In this document: positions 22,054 to 33,502 of the stretch, piece by piece
How positions within the stretch are numbered: position 1 is the stretch's first letter
How the letters are laid out: each line of letters starts with the position of its first letter
Assembly (NCBI GenBank): GCA_963737265.1
Contig: CAVTRY010000015.1
Span: 64,001 to 128,000, forward strand
Reading direction: 5' to 3'
Length of the DNA: 64,000 nt
DNA from: an uncultured delta proteobacterium
GTDB taxonomy: Bacteria > Myxococcota_A > Polyangia > Fen-1088
The notes under the pieces: generated by a model
What the model was told of the DNA's origin: nothing
Seen by the model: only the letters and a program-made list of their open reading frames with translations
Databases searched by the model: none
Program-made: the position numbers and the translations under genes

Positions 22054-23514
22054 ATGATCGATTCACTGCCTGAGACTGTCGACGGCGTGCCCAACATTTC
22101 GGGCAGCGAAGAGGTCGTCCGGGCGATCATGCGGCGGCCAGTCGTGCCGCAACACCTTGCCGGTGGCATCGACTTTGGCCGCATTCGCGCCGGGTTCGCT
22201 TGCGCGCTTCACATGCACCAGCCCCTGATTCCCGCGGGTGGCCCCGATTTTCGAACCTCGCGCATCATCGGCAACCTCCAGCACATGATGGACAACCCGC
22301 ACGATGGCGACAACCACAACGCCGCGGTCTTTCACTGGTGCTACAAGCGCATGGGCGAATTCATCCCTGCGCTGGTGCGCGAAGGGAAGCAGCCGCGCAT
22401 CATGCTTGAGTATTCGGGCACGCTCTTGCATGGCCTGCGCGACATGGGGCTTTCCGACGTGTTCGACGCGCTTTTGCCGCTGGCGCAAAACCCCGACTAC
22501 GCCCGCTGCGTGGAATGGCTGGGAGCGCCGTGGGGGCATGCGGTGGCGCCGTCGACGCCGGTACAGGACTTTCGGCTGCACGTCGAGGCCTTCCAGCATC
22601 ACTTCGCTGCCATCTTCGGCTTCGCAGCCCTGGCGCGCCTGCGTGGTTTTTCTCCGTCGGAGATGGCGCTGCCCAACCAGCCTGACGTGGCCTATGGGTT
22701 CGTGAAGACGCTGCGCGATTGCGGCTACCGTTGGGTGCTGGTGCAAGAACACACCGTCGAACGGGTGGAGGACGGCGGCGCGCTTCGGGAAAAGCATGTC
22801 CCACATCGTTTGGTCGTGCGAAACAGCGACGGTGAAAGCGCGTCCATTGTTGCCATCATCAAGACCCAGGGAAGCGACACCAAGCTGGTGGCGCAAATGC
22901 AGCCGTACTACGAAGCCAAGTCGGGCGGGTCGACCGAGCTTGCCGGCAAGCGCATTCCCCGCCTGGTGACTCAAATCGCCGACGGAGAAAACGGCGGCGT
23001 GATGATGAATGAATTTCCGTCCAAATTCATGGAGGTCATGCGCGAGGCTAGCGGCTCCGAGGTGCCACCGGTGGGCGTCAGCGAGTACCTGGATTACCTG
23101 GAATCCCTGGGCATCGCCGAGGTGGACTTTCCGGCGATCCAGCCGCTCTTTCACCATCGCCTGTGGCAGCGCTATCAGGCTGGCTCGGGCCCGGAGAAAC
23201 TTGCCGGTGTCATTGCCGAGCTGAAGGGCGAGGACGCGCGCTTTCACGTCGACGGCGGCTCGTGGACCAACAACATTTCCTGGGTCCACGGCTACGACGA
23301 AGTCTTGCAACCCATGGAGCGCGCCAGCGCCCTCTTTTCCCAAAAGCTCCTGAACAAGGTTCCGCCCAGCGATGCCCGCTGCCGCAACGCCCTCTTTCAC
23401 CTACTGGCCGCCGAAACCTCGTGCTATCGCTACTGGGGCAAGGGCATCTGGACCGACTACGGACGCGAGCTCGCCGGGCGGGCCATGGCAGTCATCGGCG
23501 CGACGGAGCGATGA
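22054..23514 (+). CDS. Glycoside hydrolase family 57 protein
   Basis: LHMHQP, GFSPSEM nucleophile region, DGENG, ETSCYRYWG. Confidence 0.85.
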   Translation: MIDSLPETVDGVPNISGSEEVVRAIMRRPVVPQHLAGGIDFGRIRAGFACALHMHQPLIPAGGPDFRTSRIIGNLQHMMDNPHDGDNHNAAVFHWCYKRMGEFIPALVREGKQPRIMLEYSGTLLHGLRDMGLSDVFDALLPLAQNPDYARCVEWLGAPWGHAVAPSTPVQDFRLHVEAFQHHFAAIFGFAALARLRGFSPSEMALPNQPDVAYGFVKTLRDCGYRWVLVQEHTVERVEDGGALREKHVPHRLVVRNSDGESASIVAIIKTQGSDTKLVAQMQPYYEAKSGGSTELAGKRIPRLVTQIADGENGGVMMNEFPSKFMEVMREASGSEVPPVGVSEYLDYLESLGIAEVDFPAIQPLFHHRLWQRYQAGSGPEKLAGVIAELKGEDARFHVDGGSWTNNISWVHGYDEVLQPMERASALFSQKLLNKVPPSDARCRNALFHLLAAETSCYRYWGKGIWTDYGRELAGRAMAVIGATER

Positions 23515-23906
23515 TGGGCGTGTCGATGCGCCGAATCCGTGCGAGCCTAGCAAGACCGGCTGAAGTTCATTCCGCGGATCTCCATCAACTCGACTGGCAT
23601 CCTGCTTCATCTTGATTGAAGTGCCCGCTCCACCGCACCTATTTCACCTCGATTCGACTACGGGGGCGTGTGCCGGACATCATTGCTCGCAAGTTCAGGA
23701 TCTGGGTTGACTTGGTCGAGTACCTCAGGAACTCCTCATCCGCTTGTCAATCGAGGAGGGCCTACGGGCAGCGGGGCTCAAATACAGGGTCCAGATCGAG
23801 CCCGCAGCCTAGATGCGCGGCTGGGCAGGGGATAGCCCGACCCGGGCAATCCAGTACCCTGAAAATTCGATGGATAGAGACGAATTTTCAAGGTAACGTG
23901 TTCGTC

Positions 23907-25064
23907 ATGATTCGCCGCCTAAGGCACGTCCGTGAGGTCGCTGGCTTGCTCGAGCGACAGCCTGTGGTGGCCATCCTGGGCCCACGTCAGGTAGGTAAAA
24001 CCACCTTGGCAAAGCAGGTGTTCTCTGCCCGCAAGGGCTCGAAGGCATGGTTCGATCTCGAGGACCCTCGCACCGCAGCTCGATTCGCCGCGCCGATGCT
24101 CACACTCGAACCCTTGCGTGGCCTCGTCGTCCTCGACGAGATCCAGCACGCCCCCGAAGTTTTTCGCAGCTTGCGTGTTCTTGTGGATCGCCCCGGCATT
24201 CCCTGCCGATTCCTCGTGCTCGGCAGCGCCTCGCCGGCGCTCCTCCGACAAAGTGCCGAGTCGCTGACCGGCCGGATCACTTATCACGACCTGACCGGAT
24301 TCTCGTTGGACGAGACCGGACCCGACCACCTCGATCGGCTTTGGCTGCGCGGCGGCTTCCCTCGCGCATTCTTGGCGACGACCGAAGCTGCCAGCTTTGA
24401 ATGGCGCCGCGACTTCGTGGGGAACTTTCTTGAACGCGACCTGCCGCAGATCGGCATCGGCGTGCCTGCGCCCGTCCTGCGGCGATTCTGGACCATGCTT
24501 GCCCACTATCACGGCCAGACTTGGAACAGCTCCGAGCTCGCGCGTGCGTTCGGCGTAGGCGACACGACCGTCCGCCGCTATCTCGATCACATGACCGCAG
24601 CCTTCATGGTCCGGTCGCTTGCGCCGTGGCACGAAAATCTGGGCAAGCGACAGGTCAAGGCACCCAAAGTCTACATCGCTGACAGCGGTCTTCTGCACCA
24701 GTTGCTCGACATCCGTGACCTAGAGCAACTACAGACACATCCCAAGGTCGGCGCCTCATGGGAAGGGTTTGCCTTGCAGCAGACCATCCGCAAACTTGGC
24801 GCTCATCCCGACGAGTGCTTCTTCTGGGGCACCCACGGCGGCGCCGAGCTCGATCTCCTTGTCGTTCGGGGCAAGCAGCGCTTGGGCTTCGAAATCAAAC
24901 GCACCGACACCCCGCAGCTCACGCCCTCGATGAGGCACGCCTTGCACGACCTGAAGCTTGATCGACTCTGGGTCGTGCATGCTGGCCGCGACGAGTTTTC
25001 CCTGCACGAGCGAACAACGGCGATTGGCCTCGAGAAGCTTGTGGCGCGACGAAGCCTGGGTTAG
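23907..25064 (+). CDS. AAA+ ATP-binding protein (AAA_14 plus DUF4143)
   Basis: GPRQVGKTT, VLDEIQ, LGSAS, RGGFP, KAPKVYIADSG, ELDL...FEIK; upstream inverted repeat TGAAAATTCG...CGAATTTTCA at 23860-23890. Confidence 0.9.
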   Translation: MIRRLRHVREVAGLLERQPVVAILGPRQVGKTTLAKQVFSARKGSKAWFDLEDPRTAARFAAPMLTLEPLRGLVVLDEIQHAPEVFRSLRVLVDRPGIPCRFLVLGSASPALLRQSAESLTGRITYHDLTGFSLDETGPDHLDRLWLRGGFPRAFLATTEAASFEWRRDFVGNFLERDLPQIGIGVPAPVLRRFWTMLAHYHGQTWNSSELARAFGVGDTTVRRYLDHMTAAFMVRSLAPWHENLGKRQVKAPKVYIADSGLLHQLLDIRDLEQLQTHPKVGASWEGFALQQTIRKLGAHPDECFFWGTHGGAELDLLVVRGKQRLGFEIKRTDTPQLTPSMRHALHDLKLDRLWVVHAGRDEFSLHERTTAIGLEKLVARRSLG

Positions 25065-25117
25065 GTTTCGAGAGCGGCCCACGGCCCATCCGAAGAGATC
25101 GTCTCGGGCGCAGAAGA

Positions 25118-25744
25118 TTAGTCGGAGCATGCCGAGTCGCTTCTCAATACCAGATCGAGGTTCTTCAAAAGGGCATTGACCTGACGGTGAAGGGGCGTCT
25201 CAGAAAAGACGACGATCATGTCATGGCTGCGCGCCTTGGTTCGAAAGACGGTTAGTACCGGCAGCCTGAAGTTCATCCGTCCAGCTTTCGCTATAGCAGC
25301 GCGCGCCTCGACCAGGTCCTGGCATTCCCGAAAATGAATGACGAGCAGGCCAAGGTGCAACGCTCCTTCGGGCGTTTGCGTTTGCAGAAGTCCTTCGTCG
25401 ACACGGTCCGCTCGAGAGAATGCAGACGTCCTAAAATCTCGCCCTAGCCAGGCAAGTCGCTCCTTGCGTCCGGCGCCGTCGACCATGACGTGCCAACTGC
25501 CGAAAGGAACCGAGGACAGCGATTCATGAATCGCCACCAGTGAACCGCGGAGGCTTTCGGGCGCATTCTCAACGATGCCCGGAAGGTGAGATTGCACTCG
25601 ACCACCGTCGGGTTCTGTTTCGGCCACCTTGCGCGCACGAGCAGTGGGCGCGCTCGCCTCGCCTTTGTCCTTTGTCGGTGCATGGCTTCGCGAACATGCA
25701 CCGACAAGGAGTAGGATCAGGGACGCACTGACCGAGATAGTCAT
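25118..25744 (-). CDS. Hypothetical lipoprotein, candidate immunity protein
   Basis: Lipobox LLVGAC; ATG overlaps the upstream stop (ATGA at 25744-25741). Confidence 0.6.
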   Translation of the reverse strand: MTISVSASLILLLVGACSRSHAPTKDKGEASAPTARARKVAETEPDGGRVQSHLPGIVENAPESLRGSLVAIHESLSSVPFGSWHVMVDGAGRKERLAWLGRDFRTSAFSRADRVDEGLLQTQTPEGALHLGLLVIHFRECQDLVEARAAIAKAGRMNFRLPVLTVFRTKARSHDMIVVFSETPLHRQVNALLKNLDLVLRSDSACSD

Positions 25745-26364
25745 GGATTCGAGCGAAGCATCACCGGCGGAAGCCTCGCAGGCAGATAGGTAATCGACAT
25801 GCATCCCGATCGACCAACGTCCTCCAGTTGAAGGGCAAAGGACTTCTTCGTGCTGCCTGCCAAGGCGACGACGAACTCATTGAATGCCACGAAGCCAGAT
25901 GGGCCCCCGCAGATTTCGATACAGCCGGCTGTCGCATACAACTGAGTTCTGGGATCGTCCGGGCCATCATGAATTAGGTAGTTCCCGTGAACTTGCCAAG
26001 CCCCATCCTCGCGCGACGGAAAGCTGTGAACCTTGTAGCCAGGGATCCAGCGCCGAATAACGTACCTGTCATACTGGCTGATTCCAACCATGTGTGGCTC
26101 TGGGTTGGCAACAGTCCGGTGAACGCCAAAACGGAGGACCTCGAACGCTCGCCGAACCTCCAGATTCGATTGACCCCAGCCAACGACAGTCAACGCGTAG
26201 GTTGGAATGACGTAGACCTTCCCATCGGAATTTGGGTAGGACCACGTGAAGGCGCTTCCGATCGGATTGGATTCAACACAGTGAGACGAATTGGCCGCAG
26301 ACTCATCTGGCGTTCCCTTTCCTGGGGAATTGTTGCCTAGCAGGAGGCTGATGTCAATCCCCAA
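25741..26364 (-). CDS. Hypothetical protein with L,D-transpeptidase-like His/Cys motif
   Basis: YLIHDGP-x8-ATAGCIEI resembles the YkuD/Tlde1 H...(S/T)xGC catalytic motif; visibly lower GC. Confidence 0.5.
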   Translation of the reverse strand: MGIDISLLLGNNSPGKGTPDESAANSSHCVESNPIGSAFTWSYPNSDGKVYVIPTYALTVVGWGQSNLEVRRAFEVLRFGVHRTVANPEPHMVGISQYDRYVIRRWIPGYKVHSFPSREDGAWQVHGNYLIHDGPDDPRTQLYATAGCIEICGGPSGFVAFNEFVVALAGSTKKSFALQLEDVGRSGCMSITYLPARLPPVMLRSNP

Positions 26365-26656
26365 CTACTTCCCAACTACTTCGGCGGATTCTTACTTTTC
26401 GGCGGATTCTTACTTCGTGCAGGGTTTAGGACACGCTGGCAGGCACGTTCGAGGTGTGGAGCCCCTCATGGCGTGCCCGAGCTACTGCTGGGCGCTGCCG
26501 ATGGTTTTCGCGAAGAGCGGCGCCGTCGATGTCTCTCGGCGCGAATGGACAGCACGGAAGTCGCGTCCGAGCTTCGTCATCTCTCATTTTGCGGCAAGAC
26601 TCGGTTTCCACAAAGGCGAATGATTTCCACACCTGAATGTGGCTGAGGCGAGCTCC

Positions 26657-28610
26657 TCAGAACGTTCCATACGGACTGAGAAAGAGTTTGTCGACATAGC
26701 CACCCCAACTATCGGAGTCGCAATAGATGGCAGCGCTTGCGGAACTAGGCCCAGACCCCGCCGAAGTCAGGTAGGATGTCCATCCAAGCGCCGTGTAACC
26801 CGCCATTGGGCCAATATCGTACCAGTAGCCCACATCCTCGTTCCCGGGTACACAGTTGGCGCCCTTATAGTATTTTACCGAGCAATGGCCATAGCCGCTG
26901 TTGGGAAGGGGGTAGAAGGAGGCGCCGAACTGGTAGCCCACGTTCGATCCCACCGGAATGCATTGGTAGGGGGACAAGTAAAAATCCGGGCCCCCGGCAG
27001 ATCCTGAACCGGAGCATCCGTCAGCATCTAAGTTGATATTCCAAGTTGCGTTACCCACGGCGGTGCCCATGTTCCAATCAGATGCGTCGTCGAATCCAGG
27101 ATTGTTGAGGATGTTGCTCGGGCTCTTAACGGGACAACCACAAGTGTGATTGGTGCATGTCGAGGAAGTGGGCGGGCAGTTCGAGTTTTGCAAGCACTGC
27201 ACGCAGGTACCGCTGGAGCACCAATTCCCTGGCGCGCCGATCGATTGGCAGCTCGAGTCCTGAACTGCGTTCTTCGCGCTGCCTGGTTGACAGGTCCCCG
27301 CCGAACACGACCCCGCATTGTGGCAGGGCGTCGCAGTGCAGGTCACAGGCGTGTAGGTGCATTGGCCGGTACTCGTATTGCACGTGCCCGCGCCGGAGTA
27401 GCACGCCGGGGGATTGTTGCAGGACACAGGCGTGTATGCGCATTTGCCGGTGCTCGCGTTGCAGGTTCCCGTGCCTGTGAAGCACATCGGGGGATTGTTG
27501 CAGGACACAGGCGTGTAGGTGCATTGGCCGGTGCCCGTGTTGCACGTGCCAGGGGCGCTATGGCAGGCATCAGGAGGATTGGTGCAGGTCACTGCTGTCC
27601 CCGCGGCACATGTACCCGCTTGGCAAGACTTGGGGCTGCACGCGTCAGTGCTGCAGCTCGTTCCGTCAAGCACGGGCGCACAGACTCCGGTTGCCGACGA
27701 GCATGTGTTGCACCCAGAGCACGGGCTCCCCGTGTTTTGCCACACACCGTTGGCGTCGCAGGTCTGGGGTTGAGTGCCGTTGCATTTCTGGGTCGTCGGC
27801 GTGCAGGCGGAGCAGGTGCCGCCGTTGCAAACCAACGGGCAGACCGCACCCAAGTTCTGCCACTGACCGGTCTTGTCGCAGGTCTGCGGCTGGAGCTGCT
27901 TGCATTGGTTGTATCCTGGAACGCACACGCCACAGGCCCCACCGCTGCAGACCGTCGTACATGGTAGCCCGACGCTTTGCCAGATCCCATTCGCATCGCA
28001 CTTCTTTGGCTGAAGGCCGTCGCATTTTGCGGAATCGGGCGTGCACCCGAGGTCTTGCGGTCCTGCGGTCGGATCGCTCGCAGCATCGGCCAAAGGCAAG
28101 GGTGCATCGGCGGCACCATCCAGGACAGCATCGCGTGCGCCCCCGCTGCCGCCTCCAACCGTGCTGCCGCCAGCGCCAATCCCACCGGACACGGTTCCAC
28201 CAGTGACCGCAATCGTGCCCCCAGCGCTGGCGTTCCCGCTGTCTTCGTTGCCGTTGCCGCCAGCGCCGCCGCTGCTTGCGACATCGATGTCGCCGCCTTT
28301 CGATGACGATCCATCGGTGCCGATCGCGCCGCCGCTAGCCAAGCCTGGGCCATCGATGCTAGCCGAGCCTGGGCCATCGATGGCTCTCCCGCCCGATTCA
28401 CCAGACCGCGGGACTGCAGTTGTTTTTGTCCTTGCAGCAAAATAGCGGCCCAGGGAGGCCGTTTGTGGCCGGGAGACACTGGTACCCGGAAGCGCAATTG
28501 TCGTTGGTTTTGCAAGGCGCGTTTGCGCTGGGTGGCGTGGCGCCACCAGAGAAACAACTGGCCAGGGTGACCAGGGAAAGGCAACAGAAACACCTCGAAA
28601 CCGCCGCCAT
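26657..28610 (-). CDS. Large Cys-rich repeat lipoprotein (frameshift ~28410)
   Basis: N-terminus MAAVSRCFCCLSLVTLASC in one frame, then a Gly linker, three ~40-aa C.P....C...QP..CD..G.WQ repeats and three 27-aa CNxxTGxCxYTPVxC repeats. Confidence 0.75.
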
Positions 28611-28625
28611 GGGGTAGGTTTGCAT

Positions 28626-29438
28626 CTAGAATCTCCCTTTCAAAAACACAGATGCCCCGTCCTGGGCCACGGCGGGCAGAAGAGCAACCTTCGACGATTG
28701 CTCGCCTGGCCAGCCGACCATGTAGAGAACTGCGCCGGTTGCGATTGCGGCGGCGCCCACTCCGTAGCTGACCAATCCCCACGTCTTCAGGGACGATCGC
28801 TCGTTTTCGCGGCTTAGGCTGTAGTCCCGCGTCGAAAGGCCGTTTGCCTTCACAGCCAATCCAACGCCGGTACCAATCGCTGCGACGCCAACGGCAGCGA
28901 GAACGATTCCGGTCACGCGCAGGCTCTTGCCTCGGCTGCCATCCGCTGGCGCTGGTGCTGGCGTGCTCGTAATCCCTGGGATCGCTGGTTCAGGGGCCGG
29001 GGACGGTGTGTCGGTCTGGGCGACGGGAACCGGGGGCGCGGGCGCAACCGGGGGCGGCGTTGTCTTGGCCAGCAGATGTTCGCACTCGGCAATCTGCCGC
29101 TCGGTCTCGGTCCGATCGCTTTCCGAAAGGTCCTTGGCCTTGCGGAGAAATTCACGAAATCTGCTGGCCGCTTGCGCCAAACGATTTTTCTGCTGGTAGC
29201 AACGAGCCTGATTGTAGACGTAGTTGATGTCGTCCGTCTGGACGTACAGGTCGGTTAACACATCCGCGCCTTTCTGGAAGTCCCCCATGGCGCAGGCCTT
29301 CTTGGCCGCCTTCTCCTGGGCGCGGCTTTGGGCATAGGCTTCTCCGCGAATGCAGAACCCACCAAGACGACCATGAAGAAGCCAATGAATGGAACCGATG
29401 CAAGGCGTCTCATATTGGCGCTGACAATACCTCGCCAT
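28626..29438 (-). CDS. TPR-containing membrane protein (PEGA-family-like); possible frameshift ~29340
   Basis: TPR-like YNQARCYQQ, Pro-rich linker, two C-terminal hydrophobic segments, ends KGRF. Confidence 0.7.
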   Translation of the reverse strand: MARYCQRQYETPCIGSIHWLLHGRLGGFCIRGEAYAQSRAQEKAAKKACAMGDFQKGADVLTDLYVQTDDINYVYNQARCYQQKNRLAQAASRFREFLRKAKDLSESDRTETERQIAECEHLLAKTTPPPVAPAPPVPVAQTDTPSPAPEPAIPGITSTPAPAPADGSRGKSLRVTGIVLAAVGVAAIGTGVGLAVKANGLSTRDYSLSRENERSSLKTWGLVSYGVGAAAIATGAVLYMVGWPGEQSSKVALLPAVAQDGASVFLKGRF

Positions 29439-29810
29439 GGTTTTCTACGCACGTAAAAAGGGGTGTCGGCGACGGATCGCGAGCTGGTGAGCCGTCCCCA
29501 TCCCAAGATCGTATCCGTTCAGACTCGTTCAGACACGCCGAGCAGACAGCCAGCGCAACGGCGCGGGAGGGTTGGCCTGGAATTGCGATAGCCCATGCTA
29601 CGACGCGTCCATGCGCACACTTGCCCGATCGCGAAAGGATGAGAGATTGAAGCACTTTCAGACGGCACTGACATTATGTCTAATGCGGTTGAATTTCCCG
29701 ACACCCACGAAGGCCGCTATGGCGAGGTTCTGACGACTTTGCCGCTGACGCACTTGACCGCAAGAAATCCAAACAGATTACGTCCCCAGACGGGGGCTAA
29801 GGAAACGTAC

Positions 29811-31713
29811 ATGAACAACAGGAGTCGTTCCGTCCTTTTCTACAGCTTCGCAGGTCCCGTGCTGTTGACCGCGGTGCTAGCGTCCGGGTGTTACGGGTCG
29901 GGTGCCACCGCCTATTCCGGGGGACCGACCGATACCGGCGGTGCTGGGGCCTCGACCGGTGCAAGCGGCGGAAACGCATCTGCCTCGGGCGGGGCCACGA
30001 CAAGCGCAGGCGGCAACTCGACGAGCTCGGGCGGGATCTCGATGGGCGTGGGCGGGGGCGCGGCCGCCTCGGGCGGGGCCACGACGAGCGCAGGCGGGGC
30101 CACCGGCGCGGGCGGGGGCACCACGACGACGGCCTCGGGTGGGACCACGGGCGCGGGCGGGGCCAGCGTGCGCTCGGGTGGAAGCACGACCGTCTCGGGT
30201 GGGACCACGACCGCCCTCGGCGGGGCCACGGCGAGCTCGGGCGGCTCCACGACAGTTTCGGGCGGGACCACCGGCGGCTCGGGCGGTGCGGCGGCGGGCG
30301 GGGCCACGGGAACGGTGTCGGGATGGGGCACGCCAGTGACCGGCGGGCCTTCGGGTACCGGGACCGCGGCCAACGTGACCGTGAACCCCGGCAGCACCGT
30401 CGGCACCATCGGCAACGACTTTGCCGGGTTCAGCTACGAAAAGTCGCACATCACGAATGGCTCGCTCACCGGCAACAACGCCAGCCTCGTTGCTCTTTAC
30501 AAGCTTCTCGGTTCGCCCGTGATGCGGCTCGCGGCCAATGACGTCAATGTCTGCCATTGGGTTGGCACAGGGACGGCGCCTGCGCAGCCAACCGGGCAGC
30601 CATTTACGCATAATATTAACACGGGGCACGTCGATCAACTGTGCGGCTTCCTGGCCGCGACGGGAACCAAGATTGTCTATGGCGTCAACTACGCTCTGGG
30701 CGACCCGGTTGCCTCTGCGGCCGAGGCGGCCTATGTCATGGGCAAGTGCCCGTTCGAGCATCCACTCGTTCGAGATCGGCAACGAAATGGATTTCCGGGG
30801 GAGCTGGTCCTCCCAAACCACGACGTACGAGACATTCGCGGGCGACCTTCTCGCCGCGCCGGGCTCTTTGTTGGCGGGTGCGGGTGCCAGCGGTGGAGGA
30901 GCAACATTCAACACTCAATTTGCCGCCTCCGAGAAGGCGAAGTGGGGCAGCAAGTACGTCCTTCTGACGCAGCACTACTACGTGGCCGGATACAACTCGA
31001 CCGGCGCGACAGTGGCCAACCTCCAGTCCGTACACTCTGACTTCACCACCATCTGTTCGATGATGAATACCTCGGTCAAGAACAACGGCATTGCGGATGG
31101 CTACCGCCTGGGGGAAATCAACACCTTCTCTGGCCACGGCTTGTCGGGCGTAAGCGATACGCTCATCGCGGGTCTCTGGGCGATCGACATCATGTTCACG
31201 GTTGCCAAGAATGGCGGAGCCGGGGTCAACTTCCACAACGGTGAGACCGGAATGGATGGAACCAGGCCCTTCTACTATTCGGCGATCAAAGAGACCAATG
31301 GCGTCGTGGTGGAGGTCGAGCCGGAATACTACGGTATGCTCCTCTTCACCCAAGCCGGCACGGGCTCGATGGTCGCCACGACGGTCACCACGAGCGCCCA
31401 GTTCTTTACCGCGTATGCCATCAAGGCAAACGGATTCACCAGCGTGGTGCTCGACAACAAGAACGCCTCGAGCGGCGTCACCGCCACGGTCGATCTGGGA
31501 GCCCCGGTGACTAGCGCGAGCGCCATATATCTGCAGGCCACGCCGGCCAACTCGCTAACCGAACCGGCAACGGGCGTTACGCTTTCGGGCGCTCAGATCA
31601 CACCGGCGGGCGCGTGGAATCGGAAGCCACCTTACATTCAGACCACATCGGGCAACACCGTCACAGTATACGTTCCCCCAGCCAGCGCCGCGCTCGTCCG
31701 CGTCCTGCCGTAG
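29811..31713 (+). CDS. GH79-like glycoside hydrolase lipoprotein (frameshift ~30750)
   Basis: Lipobox LASGC, Gly/Thr linker, GFSYEK, FEIGNE (acid/base), RLGEINT (nucleophile), GVSDT...LW.ID, GVNFH, PEYYG. Confidence 0.8.
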
Positions 31714-31883
31714 GACAGGAGCACGCATCGACTCGATGCGATGTTCGCACGGGACGCAAATCTCGAAGTGCCCACTCGTCCGTTTTTGACGCCGACCGTG
31801 TAAATTCGGTATAGAACCGCCAGACGTTCGAGCGATGGAATGAGTGGCGCCGCGGGAGCTTCCGCCGAAAGGACAGTCTCATC

Positions 31884-33473
31884 ATGTTTCGAACTTCATT
31901 GGCCATCCTGATCGCCGGTTCAGGCTTCCTCTTGGTGTCGCCCGCCTCCGCACAATCCCACGACCAGGTTCCCCCTGTGGCTGCCCTGCAACCAGCCCAG
32001 GAGACGACTCCGCCTATCGACTTGTCAGCCAGACTGGAGCTCCCTCCGGCCCCCGTCAATCCATGGTTCGTTCGTCCTCCGTTCGTCCTTACCGCCGGCG
32101 CTTCGTCCGACTGGAAATTGACCATCTACGGATTCGCCGAGGCCGACGGGATGTGGGACTCCACCCGGAGCTTCAACGACGGATTGAACAACGGCGTCAT
32201 TGCGCACTCCTTGACGCAGGCCTATGAAAACCCGCGCCTCCAAACCACTATCCGAAACAGCCGCCTTGGATTCAAAGCACAGGCTCCAGCCGTCCAGCGC
32301 ATTCGCACCGCGGGTCTGCTCGAGCTCGACTTGTTCGGCAATCAGCCGAGCATCAATAGCGGCGGAGGATCGCCCGGGGTGGCCTCTGGCGCCGGCGCCA
32401 CGACCGAGGCCGCGTATTTCAACAATGCAGCCCTCCGGGTTCGGCACGCCTATGTGAAGATCGAGGACGACATCGTCGACGTCTTAGTGGGGCAGACGTA
32501 CTATTTGCTGGGGTGGCAGAACTACTTCTTCGGCGCCTCGTGCGGTTTCCTCGGACTTCCCAATGAATTATTCAATCGAACCGTGCAGCTTCGCCTGAGC
32601 CACACCTTCGAGTCGAGGCCAGTCAGCTTGGAAATCGCGGCCGGGGCGTTCCGCCCGGGTCAGCGCGATTCCGCGGTGCCGGATGCCCAAGGCGGGCTCC
32701 GCCTCGCCATCAACCGCTGGAAGGGGATCACGACCCCGGGCAGCGGAGGAACCGATGCGCTGCCCGCCGCCCTCGGTGTGTCGGGGATGGTCCGCCAGTT
32801 CAAGGTCGACCCGCACGCACCGCTGCCGGCGCCGCCCATACCGCTCATCGGGTGGGCACTCGCATTCAACCTGCTCATTCCGGTCATCCCGGCAAAGGAC
32901 GGCACGGATCGGGGAAACGCGCTAACGCTGACGGGGGAGTTCGTGACTGGTACCGGTAATGCCGACCAATACACCGGGATGACCGCGGGCGCGACCATGC
33001 CCAATGTGTATCCTCTACCCCCCGATACCAATATCACCTATGCGGGAGTGGCGAGGCCCCAGGACACCAACGGCGCAGCACCTCTCATGGGCCTCCCTTA
33101 CACGCCCAATGTGGACCCGGGACTCGTGGCGTTCGATGGATTTGAGACTCTTCACACCATCAATTGGCAGACATTCATTGTGGGCATCCAGTACTACCTG
33201 CCTCCGAGGGGGCGCGTCTTCGTCACCGGGAACTACAGTCAGGGAAAGTCCAGCAACATCGCGAGCCTCTTTCATCCCATTTCGCCACGGCAGCCGTGGG
33301 TCAATCCCTTGGGGGTATTCCAGTCTTCGCGCTACTACGACGGAAACATCTTTTTCGACCTGACGCCCGCTGTTCGGACGGGCCTTTCCTATCAATATGT
33401 CGAGCAGAAACTGGTCGACGACACGACCGTTCACAACAATCGTTTCGAGCTGACCTTTCTCTATTTTCTCTAG
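31884..33473 (+). CDS. Outer-membrane porin-like protein (DcaP-like)
   Basis: Signal peptide, IYGFAEAD, RNSRLGF, LRVRHAY, LVGQT, terminal aromatic strand. Confidence 0.7.
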   Translation: MFRTSLAILIAGSGFLLVSPASAQSHDQVPPVAALQPAQETTPPIDLSARLELPPAPVNPWFVRPPFVLTAGASSDWKLTIYGFAEADGMWDSTRSFNDGLNNGVIAHSLTQAYENPRLQTTIRNSRLGFKAQAPAVQRIRTAGLLELDLFGNQPSINSGGGSPGVASGAGATTEAAYFNNAALRVRHAYVKIEDDIVDVLVGQTYYLLGWQNYFFGASCGFLGLPNELFNRTVQLRLSHTFESRPVSLEIAAGAFRPGQRDSAVPDAQGGLRLAINRWKGITTPGSGGTDALPAALGVSGMVRQFKVDPHAPLPAPPIPLIGWALAFNLLIPVIPAKDGTDRGNALTLTGEFVTGTGNADQYTGMTAGATMPNVYPLPPDTNITYAGVARPQDTNGAAPLMGLPYTPNVDPGLVAFDGFETLHTINWQTFIVGIQYYLPPRGRVFVTGNYSQGKSSNIASLFHPISPRQPWVNPLGVFQSSRYYDGNIFFDLTPAVRTGLSYQYVEQKLVDDTTVHNNRFELTFLYFL

Positions 33474-33502
33474 CCGCCCCGGTTGCTCCGAGAGGCCGAA
33501 TC

